A DNA stretch of 59,805 nucleotides from Octopus bimaculoides (taxonomy: Eukaryota): contig NC_068987.1 in the NCBI RefSeq assembly GCF_001194135.2, forward strand, positions 39,216,614 through 39,276,418. The letters are read 5' to 3'. The translations under genes were made by a program, and so were the position numbers. Shown piece by piece: positions 1 to 11,740 of the stretch. Within the stretch, counting starts at the first letter, position 1. Every line of letters begins with the position of its first letter. The notes beneath the pieces are model-generated. The model made no database searches and was not told where the DNA came from. It was given only the letters and a program-made list of their open reading frames with translations.

Positions 1-668
1 ATAAGATCGGTTGCATCACAGAACTCCAGCAGTCTGGTTCCCTCCTCGGTGCGAGAACCAAAGCCATAGCCTCCATGTATGCCATGGAAGCCTCCAGCAC
101 GACGTACGATATGACCATTGAAGTCACCAGCCACAAAGAGAAGGTCCCTGTCACTTGTCGACGAGGTAGTTTGCAAGAGGGTGTCATAGAATTGGTCTTT
201 CAGCCCATCCGGTAGCCCCGGTTGAGGGGCATAGGCTGAGATGACGGTAGCTTGCCTATGATGAAGCACTAGTCTAATCTTAAGTACTCTGTCACATACT
301 CTAACTACCTCGATTACCTTATCAACCCATTTCTCTGCTAGAAGTATTCCTACGCCCCCGACCCCATCAGTGTTCCCTACCCAGAAAATCTTGTACCTGT
401 GTTCTTTGCCCGAGAGGGACCTCGCGGTCCCTCCTCTGCATCTTACTTCTTGGATGCAGCACAGATCAATCCGTCTCCATTCAAGCATCTCAGCAATCTC
501 ACCAGACCTACCTTTCAGAGTGCTGACATTAAGAGTGCCAATCCTGACAGTGTGAGTGTTGGAGGTGTGGGCCTGTGGCCTGGGATGGGGGAAAGCAGTG
601 TCGTGTACCTGAAAAGAAAGCTTGCATCTGGCAGAATTCATAATGAAAACAATACCTACAACCTGCAT
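1..668 (-). mobile_element. RTE-clade LINE, 5' end of ORF (APE endonuclease), open to window edge
   Basis: Manual translation from ATG at 668: MQVVGIVFIMNSAR...TVRIGTLNVSTLKGRSGEI...DLCCIQEVR...VISAYAPQ...VAGDFNGH...GSRTEEGTRLLEFCDATDL, 222 codons with no stop. Homologous to the RTE start at ~44055 (GSRNKEGTRLLEFCNANDL). Absent from the ORF track because it runs off the window. Confidence 0.92.
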
Positions 669-1322
669 ACACTCCCCAATCTTTATGCGCTACAAGGTCG
701 ATAAGGGGGTGGGGGGTAAAGGCCTCTAGGAGTGTTCACGGGAGNNNNNNNNNNNNNNNNNNNNNNNNNNNNNNNNNNNNNNNNNNNNNNNNNNNNNNNN
801 NNNNNNNNNNGCGAGAGAGAGAGGGTGAGAGAGGGAGGGCGAGAGAGAGAGGGCGAGAGAGAGAGAGAGGGGTACAGGCAACAGTACATCATGCGGGAAT
901 AAAGATTCTTTGGGTATTTCTAGAACAAAGTTGAATGAAGACAGCAGTGCCTAAATCGTGAGTTTGAAAGCTTAAATCAGTAAACATATTTGAGTAAGAA
1001 TTAAATAGTAGTTTCTAAGGGAAGAGAGTGAATTTAGACAGGTTTATGGTTACAGGAGCGATAGCTTTAAGAAAGTAAGGAAGAAGTGATAACTTGAATG
1101 AAATAAAGCAAAAAAAAAAATAATACATAGGCATGAATTAAGACAAAGCAGAGAACAAGTGATGTTTACATGTAAAGAAACATAATGATAATAAAGAAAC
1201 GGTCGGGGTGGGGGAGCGCGAAAGATATGGGTATGGATGCCAGAGTAAAAAAAGCTCTCAGCTGGACATATGGAGAGTTTGGTCGTAATTCTGTCAGCGG
1301 AGAGATGATTCAATTTTTGGGG

Positions 1323-1892
1323 ATTTTTAAAGGGATGTAAAATTAGATATTTAATATTTTGAAATAGAACCTGAAGATGTATTGGAATAATTGTAAATCT
1401 GACGATTGCATATATGTATATATATATATATATATNNNNNNNNNNNNNNNNNNNNNNNNNNNNNNNNNNNNNNNNNNNNNNNNNNNNNNNNNNNNNNNNN
1501 NNNNNNNNNNNNNNNNNNNNNNNNNNNNNNNNNNNNNNNNNNNNNNNNNNNNNNNNNNNNNNNNNNNNNNNNNNNNNNNNNNNNNNNNNNNNNNNNNNNN
1601 NNNNNNNNNNNNNNNNNNNNNNNNNNNNNNNNNNNNNNNNNNNNNNNNNNNNNNNNNNNNNNNNNNNNNNNNNNNNNNNNNNNNNNNNNNNNNNNNNNNN
1701 NNNNNNNNNNNNNNNNNNNNNNNNNNNNNNNNNNNNNNNNNNNNNNNNNNNNNNNNNNNNNNNNNNNNNNNNNNNNNNNATATATATATATATATATACA
1801 TATATGCAATCGTCAGATTTACAATTATTCCAATACATCTTCAGGTTCTATTTCAAAATATTAAATATCTAATTTTACATCCCTTTAAAAAT
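1323..1892. repeat. Perfect 113-bp inverted repeat flanking an N gap with (AT)n inner ends
   Basis: 1323-1435 is the exact reverse complement of 1780-1892; probably an assembly artefact. Confidence 0.85.
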
Positions 1893-2110
1893 AAGCAATG
1901 CAATTAAGCATTAAAGATTAAAAATTAATATTGACTTTTATCAGATACTATGTATATTTATAGATAAATATATAAAAATATACGATAAATAAGACCCCAA
2001 AGTATATGTAGATGCATATAACGCTGAAGAGTTGCACCTGATTGATTTGGAAATTTGTTTTCCCAAATTATTTATATATATATTATTTATATATTTATAT
2101 ATAATGACTA

Positions 2111-2710
2111 AGGGCATTATTCAGCACCAGTATTGCTAGAAATAAGAGTCAAAACAACTCACACCCACAATAAGCACCATCTTATTGACTGACAAGGGAG
2201 GCAAGCTCCCTTAGCCCTGGGCATAGCCAAATCACCAGTGATTTTGCATTTACATTAATGCTCATCAGTGGCTCTTACTGGCACCTTGGGTTAAACTCAA
2301 CTTGCCTAGTCAGCTTATAATATTACTGTAGAAATCATATGCTGATTTCATAAATGGTAAAGGTATAAATTATAAATAATAAGGATGGCTTGTTATCAAT
2401 TTTTCAACAAAAAGGCAAAAATATATACGTCATTGAAGAAACTAAAGGGTTTCTACATCTTTACCATTTATGAAATCAGCGTATGATTTCTATGGTGATC
2501 TTATAAGCTGACAAGGTGAGTTGAGTTTAATCCAAGGCCCTGATAAGAGCCACTGATGAGCATTAATGTTAATATAAAATCACTGGTGATCTGGCTATGC
2601 CTGGTGCTAAGGGAGCTTGCCTCCCTTGTCAGTCAATAAGATGGTGCTTATTGTGGGTATGAGTTGTTTTGACTTTTATTTCTAGCAATATTGGTGCTGA
2701 ATAGTGCCCT
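2111..2710. mobile_element. Foldback/MITE-like palindromic element (~250-bp arms, ~96-bp spacer)
   Basis: 2111-2362 (AGGGCATTATTCAGCACC...) is an imperfect reverse complement of 2459-2710 (...GGTGCTGAATAGTGCCCT); no coding capacity. Confidence 0.8.
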
Positions 2711-2771
2711 TTGTTGCTTTAGTGATGTATATATTTTTGCTTTTTGATTGAAAAATTGCTAACAACAAGTG

Positions 2772-3020
2772 TGAGGATGTGCACGAAAAGTGCATTTTGC
2801 TTGACACTTGGTGAAAGGAAAGAGTTTAATGTTTTGAGTGTAGCTCTTCTTTGGAAAGGAAACAATGAAAAGTCCAAAGAAGGAGAAGAAGAAATCGCCT
2901 ACTTCTTCTGCTTCTTTAGACTTCTTCCTTTCTCTTTTCTGACTAAGAACTATGCTCAAAATGTTAAACTCTCTCCTTTCACAGAGCGTCAAGGTAATAC
3001 ACTTTTTGTGCATGTCCTCA
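2772..3020. repeat. Diverged near-spacerless palindrome (second foldback element)
   Basis: GTGAAAGGAAAGAGTTTAATGTTTTGAGTGTAGCTCTT pairs with AAGAACTATGCTCAAAATGTTAAACTCTCTCCTTTCAC; pairing extends to TGAGGA...TCCTCA; centre near 2895. Confidence 0.8.
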
Positions 3021-3399
3021 TGTTCATTGTTTTTCTTTTTTTCAGTTTTTATTCCATCCTATGTCCATCTCCTATTTACTTTGCTTGCAGAAAATTTTTT
3101 CCTTTTTCTTTCTTTCCTATCTACAGTGTATATGTTAATATTTACAAATATTTACTATTTTTGCTATGGAATTTTAATAGCAACGAAAATTGTAGCAATG
3201 TTTCATTCCCTAACTCAACAGGCAAATAACAACATGACCACCTAAACTCAAGATTTTTAGTGAGTCATCACTCTATGGATGGATGTATCTGATATGACCC
3301 TAATGGATGCAACACAACATAATTCACCAATAAGAGACAGTAGCAGGATGGGTCAAAACGATTGTCATACAAAATCCATCTTTTGGTTACTTAATCAAT

Positions 3400-3960
3400 T
3401 ATTATCATATATATATATAAACCATCCAAAAATTCATAAATCAGGTGAACTGAGATGTGTAACTTAAGCATTTGCCTCAAGAAGCACTTCTACAAATGAT
3501 GGCTATCCACAAAATGTCTGTAGAAGAATATCAAAAAATGGAGTTAGCAAATTGCATTTATTGCTTAGTTACAATTGTTTCAATTAAACCAATCTTGCAT
3601 CATGCCATTTACCATGTCAATAACTACTAGTCTATCTCCAGGTATTGTAGAATCATTTCATGACAGCACATGCTGAAACCAACTCTTCAGGACTCTAAAA
3701 AGACAATAGACCAATTGATTTTTTACTTTTATTGAAAGGCATACACACCCCCTTTAAGGCATTTTAAGTAGGCAGTTATCATTAAGCAAAGTGTAGAGAG
3801 ATAGGGAGAAAAATAATGAAAGAGGAGCAGAGGAATTTGACAAAATATTTAGTCCTATCCTATTTCACACTGACAGTCCTGTCTACCAGTACAAGTTGTA
3901 TCTAGTAGATTCAACTACCATAAATTAAATTGTTAAATGGTTAGTCTTGACAGGTCCTTA
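3400..3960 (+). repeat. Old dispersed repeat, possibly Penelope-RT derived
   Basis: 3590-3960 aligns by eye with the reverse complement of ~11830-12200; PKIHKSG motif at ~3425 resembles the PLE LPKIHK motif. Confidence 0.4.
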
Positions 3961-4184
3961 ATTTCAAGTTTCTACAGAAATTTCAAGTTACCTTGGATGC
4001 AGATGTCTACACATCAATAGTTAAGTTTTCTATTGAAAGGGATTATTTAGATAAGTTCCTCTAATAAAACAATTAATTGCATTCATTTATACATGTATAT
4101 ATTTCTATATATGCACCTATCTAAGATATTCCAAGTAAATATGTTAAAACAGATGTACAAAATTGTACATATATGTACCGTTAT

Positions 4185-5778
4185 GATGTAAGGTGATGAA
4201 AGTTACAAAGAGGGTTATAGCTCAACTAATTAGGATGAGAGTTAGCCTGGATGAGATGTGGTTTTAGTTTTGTGTCAGGGAGAAACACTATCTTCTTGGT
4301 AAGGCAACTGCAAGAGAAGTGTTTAGCCAAGAATAAACCTCTGTACTTGGCTTTTGCTGACTTAGAGAAAGCCTCTAACAACCCCCCACCCATTCCCACA
4401 TATGGGTATCAATGCAAAAGTTAAGGATAGATGAGTGGTTGGTGAGAGCTGTAAAAATTGGTAATGAGCATAGAAATGAATTTAATGTACAAGTAGGAGT
4501 TCATCAAGGATCAGTCCTCAGCTCCATCTTGTTTATCAAAGTCCTCCAGGCCTCTATGTTGATGATCTAAATCACTACCTAAACTAGAGAGGAAATTTCA
4601 TATATGGAAGCAAGGTCTAGAATGTAAGAACCTGAGAGTTAACTTAGCAAAGACAAAAGTCCTAGTAAGGAGGAAAACAGACAAATCATTGATCCCTGCT
4701 CAATATGTAGAAAAAAGGTGTTGATAGAAACTCCATATGATGCACCCAGTGCAAGCTATGAACACATAAGAGGTGCAGGGACATGCAAAGGTTAACAAAA
4801 AAAGTCGCTTTTGTGCATGGCAGATGTGCAGGTACAATTAACACTACGAATGCACAGAGAATAGATTTCCTCAAATGTCCAGGAGTCAAGTTAGCAGTAG
4901 AGTAGGTTCTGAAAGCGTTGTTGCTAGAATAAGCAACTATGCTTCAGACAAAGTTCAGAGAGCTACTAACTTTGTTGGTAACAAAGGGCCTCTCATTCAG
5001 AGTGAAAGACAGGCTGTATGATTACTGTGTACATACAGCCATGCTGCATGGCAATGAAACCTGGGCTATAACTACAGAGGACCTGTAAAGGCTTGAAAGA
5101 AATGAAGCCAGCATGCTCCACTGCATGGGTAATGTCAGTGTGCATATATGATAAAGTGTAAATGATTTAAGAAAAAATTGCATATAAAAGACATCAGATG
5201 TAGTATGCAAGAGAAAAGACTGCATTGGTATAGTCATATGATGCATGTGGATGAGTATAGCTGTATAAAGAAGTGGAAATCTCTAATTGTAAAAGGAGCC
5301 TGTGGAAGGGACAGACCCACGAAGACATGGGACAAGGTGATGAGAATGGATCTTCAGATGTTGGGCCTCACTGAGGAAATGACAAGGGACCAAGAATTCT
5401 GGCAATTTACTGTGTTTGAGAAAACATGTCAAACTAATTAAAACTAGCCATCCATACAGATCCTTTATGAGCATACCTTCCATTCCCCCTCTCAGCCAAT
5501 AGGTCTTTGTCTTGTGGGCTTGTAATGCCACGTAAAGAACACTAGTGCCAGTGCTACATAACATGGCACCTGTGCCAGTGCCACATAAACATACCAATAT
5601 TGGTGCCATGTAAAAAGCACTCAATACACTTTGTAAGGTGGCTGGTGTTAGGAAGGGCATCCAGCCTTAGAAACCATGTCAAAACAGACAATTGGTGCCT
5701 GGAAAGCTCTCCAGTCAAACTGTCCAACCCATGACAGCATGGAAGGTAGACATTAAATGATGATGATGATGATGATGA
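4185..5778 (+). mobile_element. Degenerate 5'-truncated RTE LINE (RT to 3' UTR, (ATG)n tail)
   Basis: RQLQEKCLAKNKPLYLAFADLEKA, GVHQGSVLS and LHWYSH...GRDRPTKTW remnants; 3' UTR motif AAAAAGCAC...GGAAGGGCATCCAGC; ends AAATGATGATGATG. Confidence 0.9.
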
Positions 5779-6666
5779 GACACATACACACACACAAAAA
5801 GAAAAATCTTAGTATTTTGATATGCATATACTTCAATTTCTCTTCATATTTCCCTATACATTTGCATATAGTCAATAGTGGTGGGGTAGGAGATGTGTGC
5901 ATGTTTTTAGCTGTGAAATGGGTAAATAAGGTGATTGTGGTAGTCAGAGTGTGTGCAATAGGATAATTATGCCTAGTCTAGTTTTGCAAAGTAGTGCAGT
6001 AACTATTATTTCTGCCAAATGAACAAAAGCATTGATTTTATGATACCCTTTTGCAAACTACTTTGATGACAAATGACAGTGACATCTTCAATGGGCATGT
6101 TGAGCAGCATCTGGGTGGCTTCTGTTGTGTGCATGGAGACTATGGAGTTGGTTCCCTGAATGAGGAGGGAACAAGGCCTTTTGAGTTTTGTGATATTAAT
6201 GACCTAACGATCTGCAACACTGACTTCAGGAAACCAGCCAGGCATCTATTCACCTATCAATCTGGTGGCTACACAAGCTAAATTTGTTACCTCTCACCAG
6301 AAAGTAAGAGAGGTAGTTGCTCTTCCGCAATAAAGAACATACCTCTCAGCATAGGTTAATCATTAGTCACTTCAGACTTTGGACTAGAAGACTTCCAAGA
6401 AGTAAGACCACTCTGGAAAAGGAAAATTTGGAAGTTTAAGGGACCTTTGAATAGTTAGTGATTTAGAGTTGTCCTAAATGAATTATTTGATGAGAAGGAG
6501 GAGGAGATAGTGACATATAATATAGAAGACAATTAGTTCTTATGGGACAACTTACTGAGGGCTACAAACCCAATTTGTGGCTAGTGCAAAGTCTCAACTA
6601 GACCAAAGATACATTATTTACATTATTTACATTTGACGGATATTTGTCCTCATCTTGTTTGTTGTT

Positions 6667-6712
6667 GACACAACGTTTCGGCTGATATACCCTCCAGCCT
6701 TCGTCAGGTGTC
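6667..6712 (-). ncRNA. Minimal type I hammerhead ribozyme (inverted copy)
   Basis: Reverse complement reads GACAC-CUGACGA-A-GGCUG-loop-CAGCC-GAAACGU-U-GUGUC: stem I GACAC/GUGUC, stem II GGCUG/CAGCC, palindromic ACGU stem III. Confidence 0.8.
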
Positions 6713-7517
6713 TATACATGGATATACATGGAATACTTCGAGAATTTGGCTTTAGGATCAACACCACTAAAACCAACCCTATGGCTGCGATACATTGATG
6801 ACACCTTTATTCTCTGGCCCCACCAGCAAGATGTCCAAATGCTGTTAGATCATGTGAACTCAATAAATCCATCCATACAGTTCACCAGGGAAAAGGAACA
6901 GAACAATCAGCTGGCATTCCTGGACGTATTAATTACACGCACCGAGTATGGATTCAGGACATCCGTATATCGCAAGCCAACCTTCACTGGACGATACCTT
7001 AACTTCAATTCCCACCATCCATAAGAGAAGAATTGCTCAGTGCCTAAAACATCGAGCANNNNNNNNNNNNNNNNNNNNNNNNNNNNNNNNNNNNNNNNNN
7101 NNNNNNNNNNNNNNNNNNNNNNNNNNNNNNNNNNNNNNNNNNNNNNNNNNNNNNNNNNNNNNNNNNNNNNNNNNNNNNNNNNNNNNNNNNNNNNNNNNNN
7201 NNNNNNNNNNNNNNNNNNNNNNNNNNNNNNNNNNNNNNNNNNNNAGCTGTGACACGAGGAGATATTGATAAATCGGGTATAGCTGATCATGTATGGCAAA
7301 ATGGAGACCACCTCCCCCTGTGGGATGAAGTTAAAATAATAGACAGGGAACAACACTGGAAAATACGAAAACTAAAAGAAGCAGCACATATGCTAGGACA
7401 CAACAACCTCCTAAGCAGACCGAGTGCAGATATGAATAGCATATGGGAACCGGTATTGAGGAAGGATAGAAAAATAATAGATTTATAAGCCCTAAAATTC
7501 ACTCCATAATTGCCCAC

Positions 7518-7590
7518 GGGCATATGACGTAGTGGTTAAGAGCACGGGCTACTAACCCCAAGATTCTGAGTTTGATTCACGGCAGCGGCC
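7518..7590 (+). ncRNA. tRNA-derived (Ile-like) Pol III head inside the Penelope 3' terminus
   Basis: GGGCATATGACGTAGTGGTTAAGAGCACGGGCTACTAACCCCAAGATTCTGAGTTTGATTC: A-box-like TGACGTAGTGG, GGG-CTACTAA-CCC anticodon-like arm, B-box-like GAGTTTGATTC; followed by (AAT)n. Confidence 0.75.
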
Positions 7591-7675
7591 TGATTAATAA
7601 TAGTAATAATAATAATAATAATATAATAATAGTAACATCGTTAAGAATGAGAACCCAGGTTCAAAATTTCCCCAA

Positions 7676-7721
7676 GACACCTGACGAAGGCTGGAGGGTT
7701 TATCAGCCGAAACGTTGTGTT
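7676..7721 (+). ncRNA. Minimal type I hammerhead ribozyme in Penelope pseudo-LTR
   Basis: GACAC CTGACGA A GGCTG GAGGGTTTAT CAGCC GAAACGT T GTGTT; intact CUGANGA and GAAA core. Confidence 0.82.
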
Positions 7722-9452
7722 AACAACAAACAAGATGAGGACAAATATCTGTCAAATGTAAATAATGTAAATAATGTAAATAATTCCTCATCTCTTAAAT
7801 ATAGAACTGTAGACCAAAGATGACATGGTGGTGGAACAGTAAAGTAGAGAGTGAAGAAACAGGTCTGGAAATACAGGAAGAGAGAGCTATACCAGGTAGC
7901 TAGAAAGAAAACTAGGTGATAGGTGTATTTAGCAAGAGAAGAAGCAGAAAGGTAGAAGTTTGTCTATGTTTTACAGCATGAAGACCAGGGGCATGAGGTG
8001 TTCCAAAATGTAAGACAGTGTATCAGAGAAAATTGAGAGATTGTGAAAGAGAAGTATGTTTGGATAGATGATGGTACACTTGCATTTAGTGACTCTGCAA
8101 AGAAAGTGGTATAAAATTGCCACTATGAAAGGCTGCTAAATTTAGAGAATGCTGAGAGAAGGAGTCTTCCCAATGTGGACTCAACAGAGGGGTGAGCTAT
8201 CTTACTTGACAGCAGCATGATAAATAAAGCAATTAAAGATAGGAAGACTGTGAAAGCCTCTGACTCATGAGAAGTTGCCACCGAGATGCTTAAATATCTG
8301 ATGAAGTATGGTATGGACTAGTCATCTGTATAGTTAATTAGCCTGTCCAGGAAGGAGCCATACTCAATGATTGATGTAGCAAAATTATAGTCTGCAACAA
8401 AGGTAAAAGTGATGCTAATCTTAGAAGTAATTACAAAGGTATCAATTTACTGGACTAGGTCATGAAAGTTACAAAAAGAGTCATAGCTCAACTAATTAGG
8501 AACAAAGTTAACCTAGATGAAATGCTGTTTAGTTTTGTGCCAAGGAAAAGCACCACTGATGTTATCTTCTTAGCAAGGCAGCTGCAGGAGAAGCATTTAG
8601 CAGAAAATAAATAAGTATGCTTGGCATTTGTCGGTAAAAAAGCCTTTGTGCAGGGTCTTTACTCCCTCATTTGGTGGTTGATGCAGAAGCTAGGCCAGAT
8701 GAATAGTTGGTGAGAGCCATCTAAGCCATATACAGGGATGTTGTCAGTGAGGTGAATACTGGCAACAAGTGTAGCAACAAATTTAGTGTGCAAGTATGAG
8801 TTCACCAAGGATCAATTCTCAGCTCCCTCTGGTTTATTATAGTTCTCTAGGCCATAACTGAGGAATTTAAGACTCGTTCCTCTTGCGAACTCCATTATGC
8901 TGATTATCTTGTTCTTATAGCTGAGTCTCTATTAGAGTTAGAGAAGAAAATTCAAGTGTGGAAGCAAGGCCTGGAATCAAAGGAGCTTAGAGTTAACTTA
9001 GCAAAGACAAAAGTACTAGTAAACAAGAAAGCAGACAAATTATTAATCCCTTCAGAGAGATGGCCCTGCTTGCTATGTAGAAAAGATATAGGTAAAAATT
9101 CCATATGGGGTACCCAGTACAAGCTATGGACACATAAGAGGTGCAGTAGAATCACAGGGAGGTTTACAGAGAAAGTAGTCTGTGTGTGGCAGATATGCAG
9201 TAAACACTAAGACTGAACAGGAAATAGACTTCCTCATGCATTCATCCTTAGAGGTAGTAGATAGTTTCCATTACCTAGGTTACCAAGTTAGCAGTAGAGA
9301 AGGTTTCTCTGAAAGCATAGTTGCTAGAATGAGAATTGGATGGGAAGAGAGAAGGCTTGAAAGAAATGAAACCAGTATACTCTGCTGGATGTGCAATATC
9401 AGTGGGCATGTACAACAAATTGTAAATGTTTTGAGAGAAAAAGTGAGTATGA

Positions 9453-9491
<39 letters not shown>

Positions 9492-10079
9492 AGTGAAGAT
9501 ATGATGCACTGCTATGGTTGTGTAATGTGTATGAATGAGGACAGCTGCATAAAGAAGTGCTGATCTCTAAATATAGAAGGAATTTATGGAAGAGGAAGAC
9601 CCAGGAAGATGCAGGACAAAGTGGTGAGAAATTATCTTCAGTCGTTGAGCCTCATAGATTCGATGACCAAGGACTGAAACAATTGGTGATTTGCTATGTT
9701 TGAGAAGACTCACTCTGCTAAGTAAAATCAAGGCTATAAAGTCATGTTCTTTATGTTCACCCCCCCACCATCCACCACTCAATCTGTCTCTGATAAAACT
9801 TCTCCACAATCCATCTTCCTAACATCCCCTTCCCCCACCTATGCTCACCACCTGCTGCATTTCCCTCCACCCTCAATCATGTACCTACCTGTACATAATA
9901 TGTCCTCCTTGAATCTCTTTTCTTCAACATATCCTCCTAATATCCCATATCCTCTACTTGTGCCCATTCATTACATTCCTTCTTCCATCTACCATTCTCC
10001 TTTTGTAATCTTGTGAACCCACCCACTTAACCTCTCCAATCTCTGATCCACTCACACCCCTGCCCATCATATCTTCACT

Positions 10080-10132
<53 letters not shown>

Positions 10133-10915
10133 CTGAGTTAGTCATGTTTCCCCTCTAATGCAAGACTCCTTCCTCCTGTTCCTCAAAACTATTCCCAACT
10201 TCAGTTGAGGATCTTGTCTAAAAAATTACTTTGTAACCTCAATGTTGCTGGTGTCACCTAAAAAGCACCCAGTACATTCTGTACTGTAGTTGACATTAAG
10301 AAGGGCATCCAGCAGTAGAAACCATGCTAAAGCAAACAGCAGGACTTGGTGCAATCTTCTAACTTGCCAGTTCCTGTTGAACCATCCAACCCACACTAGC
10401 ATGGCAAACAAACTTTAAATGATGATGATGATACACATACACACACATTCTCCTTTTGTAATCCTTTTGTATACATGCACATATATACACACTAATAAGG
10501 TTATTTGCCCTCACTAGACATGCCTATATATGTGTGTGTCCTTTAATTTATAGCATTCACTCCTGTAAATATGTTTATACATATATTTTAATGCATATAT
10601 ACACTTACATGTATGTCCATATATATATATATATATATACACAGAGGTATCTTTTTGCAATTCCACATAGATACATCTATATATTCATGCCTATATATAC
10701 ATATGCATAGTGTCAGACATATGTGTATATGTCTGACACTATACATATGTATATATAGGCATGAATATATAGAGGTATCTAATAAAATTGTTTATCATTG
10801 CTAGACATGCATATGTTCTTTAATTTATAATATTCATTCATTGCTAGTGGAGCACTGAAAATTAGATTAATCTAATTAAATATTCTAGCTACACTATGTG
10901 TTCTCTTTACACAAG

Positions 10916-10984
10916 ATATTTCTTATTTACAAAATAAAATGTACATGTTTAAAGACTGGGCACATATTATCAATATAATCACAG
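10916..10984 (+). CDS. Possible upstream exon of the PDE10A-like gene (weak)
   Basis: CTCTTTACACAAG acceptor, CAG/GTAAGT donor, open frame xISYLQNKMYMFKDWAHIINIIT, phase 1 matches the 15584 exon. Overlaps the edge of a PLE relic and has no clear PDE10 similarity. Confidence 0.3.
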
Positions 10985-11740
10985 GTAAGTACAGAAAGTT
11001 GGATTCCTACAGTGCAGGAATATGTCAGATATTTCACTAATGTTTGTGCCTTCATGAGTGTACTTATGTTTCTAAAAATGGGATATAAGCAGGCATCAGA
11101 TAAAATTAATATCCAGACCATATTTAGGTTAATATTCAGCCATTACTTCTCAATTAAGCCAATTCTCCTAAATAAGGCCCTCATCATGAGAAATTCTAAT
11201 TTATCTATATGCAATGTTGATGTCATATTTGCAGCTAGAGAGACATTTATTAGGTTTAATGGAAAATTCTGGATCTGCAGTGATAGATGACATACTGTTA
11301 ATATAACAATGGGATCCAGTGACTCTGTGTAAGTCATGGATCTCAATATGTATCTTCTTATCCAACTAGAATTTGCTTTTCTTAAGTTGGTGGTGGTGGT
11401 GTCTACATAGGAATAATTCTCTTTTTTCCATCAATTGGTGTAGGAAAAAGTTATTTAAATTCTTTGGAAACAAATTAGTGGTTAGCTAATTTTCTAGATG
11501 CATGGAATTGTAAGCACCCTACCATAAATGAACAGGAAATCTTAGGTATGTTAACAGATTCTCAAATCATATCCATGCAATCAGTGTTTCACATAGGGCA
11601 TCAAGATTGTCAAGTGAACAAGGAAATCTTCGTGTTGAATATGGGTTATTATAACAAAGTACTGTCCAGGGTTGGATATACAGATAAAATTAAATACATC
11701 CCAAGTAGTGAGGTGACATTCAAGCCTATTAGCTGAAACC
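10960..11740 (+). mobile_element. Highly degenerate Penelope-like RT of the MGSYDGAE/YRDDG (Naiad-like) type
   Basis: FSIKPILLNKAL (cf. FYPSI..LL.KAL); IFAARETFIRFNGKFW..VNITMGSSDSV*VMDL (cf. ARKSLLF..W..FDVTMGSYDGAEVCEL); SHRASRLSS; YYNKVLSRVGYTDKIKY. Confidence 0.7.

Larger units (their letters stand above)
6611..7809 (+). mobile_element. 5'-truncated Penelope-like element (Poseidon-type) with inverted 5' terminal repeat and 12-bp TSD
   Basis: ORF 6728-7024 has WLRYIDDTF and VYRKPTFTGRYLNFNSHHP; the ORF from 7249 has GIY-YIG C-terminal KSGIADHVW...KLKEA; 6611-6712 is the reverse complement of 7676-7780; TAGACCAAAGAT is duplicated at 6599-6610 and 7810-7821. Confidence 0.93.
5878..10432 (+). 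mobile_element. Degenerate RTE LINE (APE through RT and 3' tail), interrupted by a Penelope element at 6611-7809
   Basis: GGVGDVCMFLAVKWVNKVIVVVRV (APE), WWWN resumes at ~7825, WKQGLESKELRVNLAKTKV, pyrimidine-rich 3' region, tail ...AAATGATGATGATGAT at ~10420. Confidence 0.88.

Noticed and set aside
1323-1892. Perfect inverted repeat around a gap read as a biological hairpin or MITE
   Set aside because: 100% identity, self-complementary (AT)n inner ends and an N gap in the middle are typical of a short-read scaffolding artefact; needs long reads.
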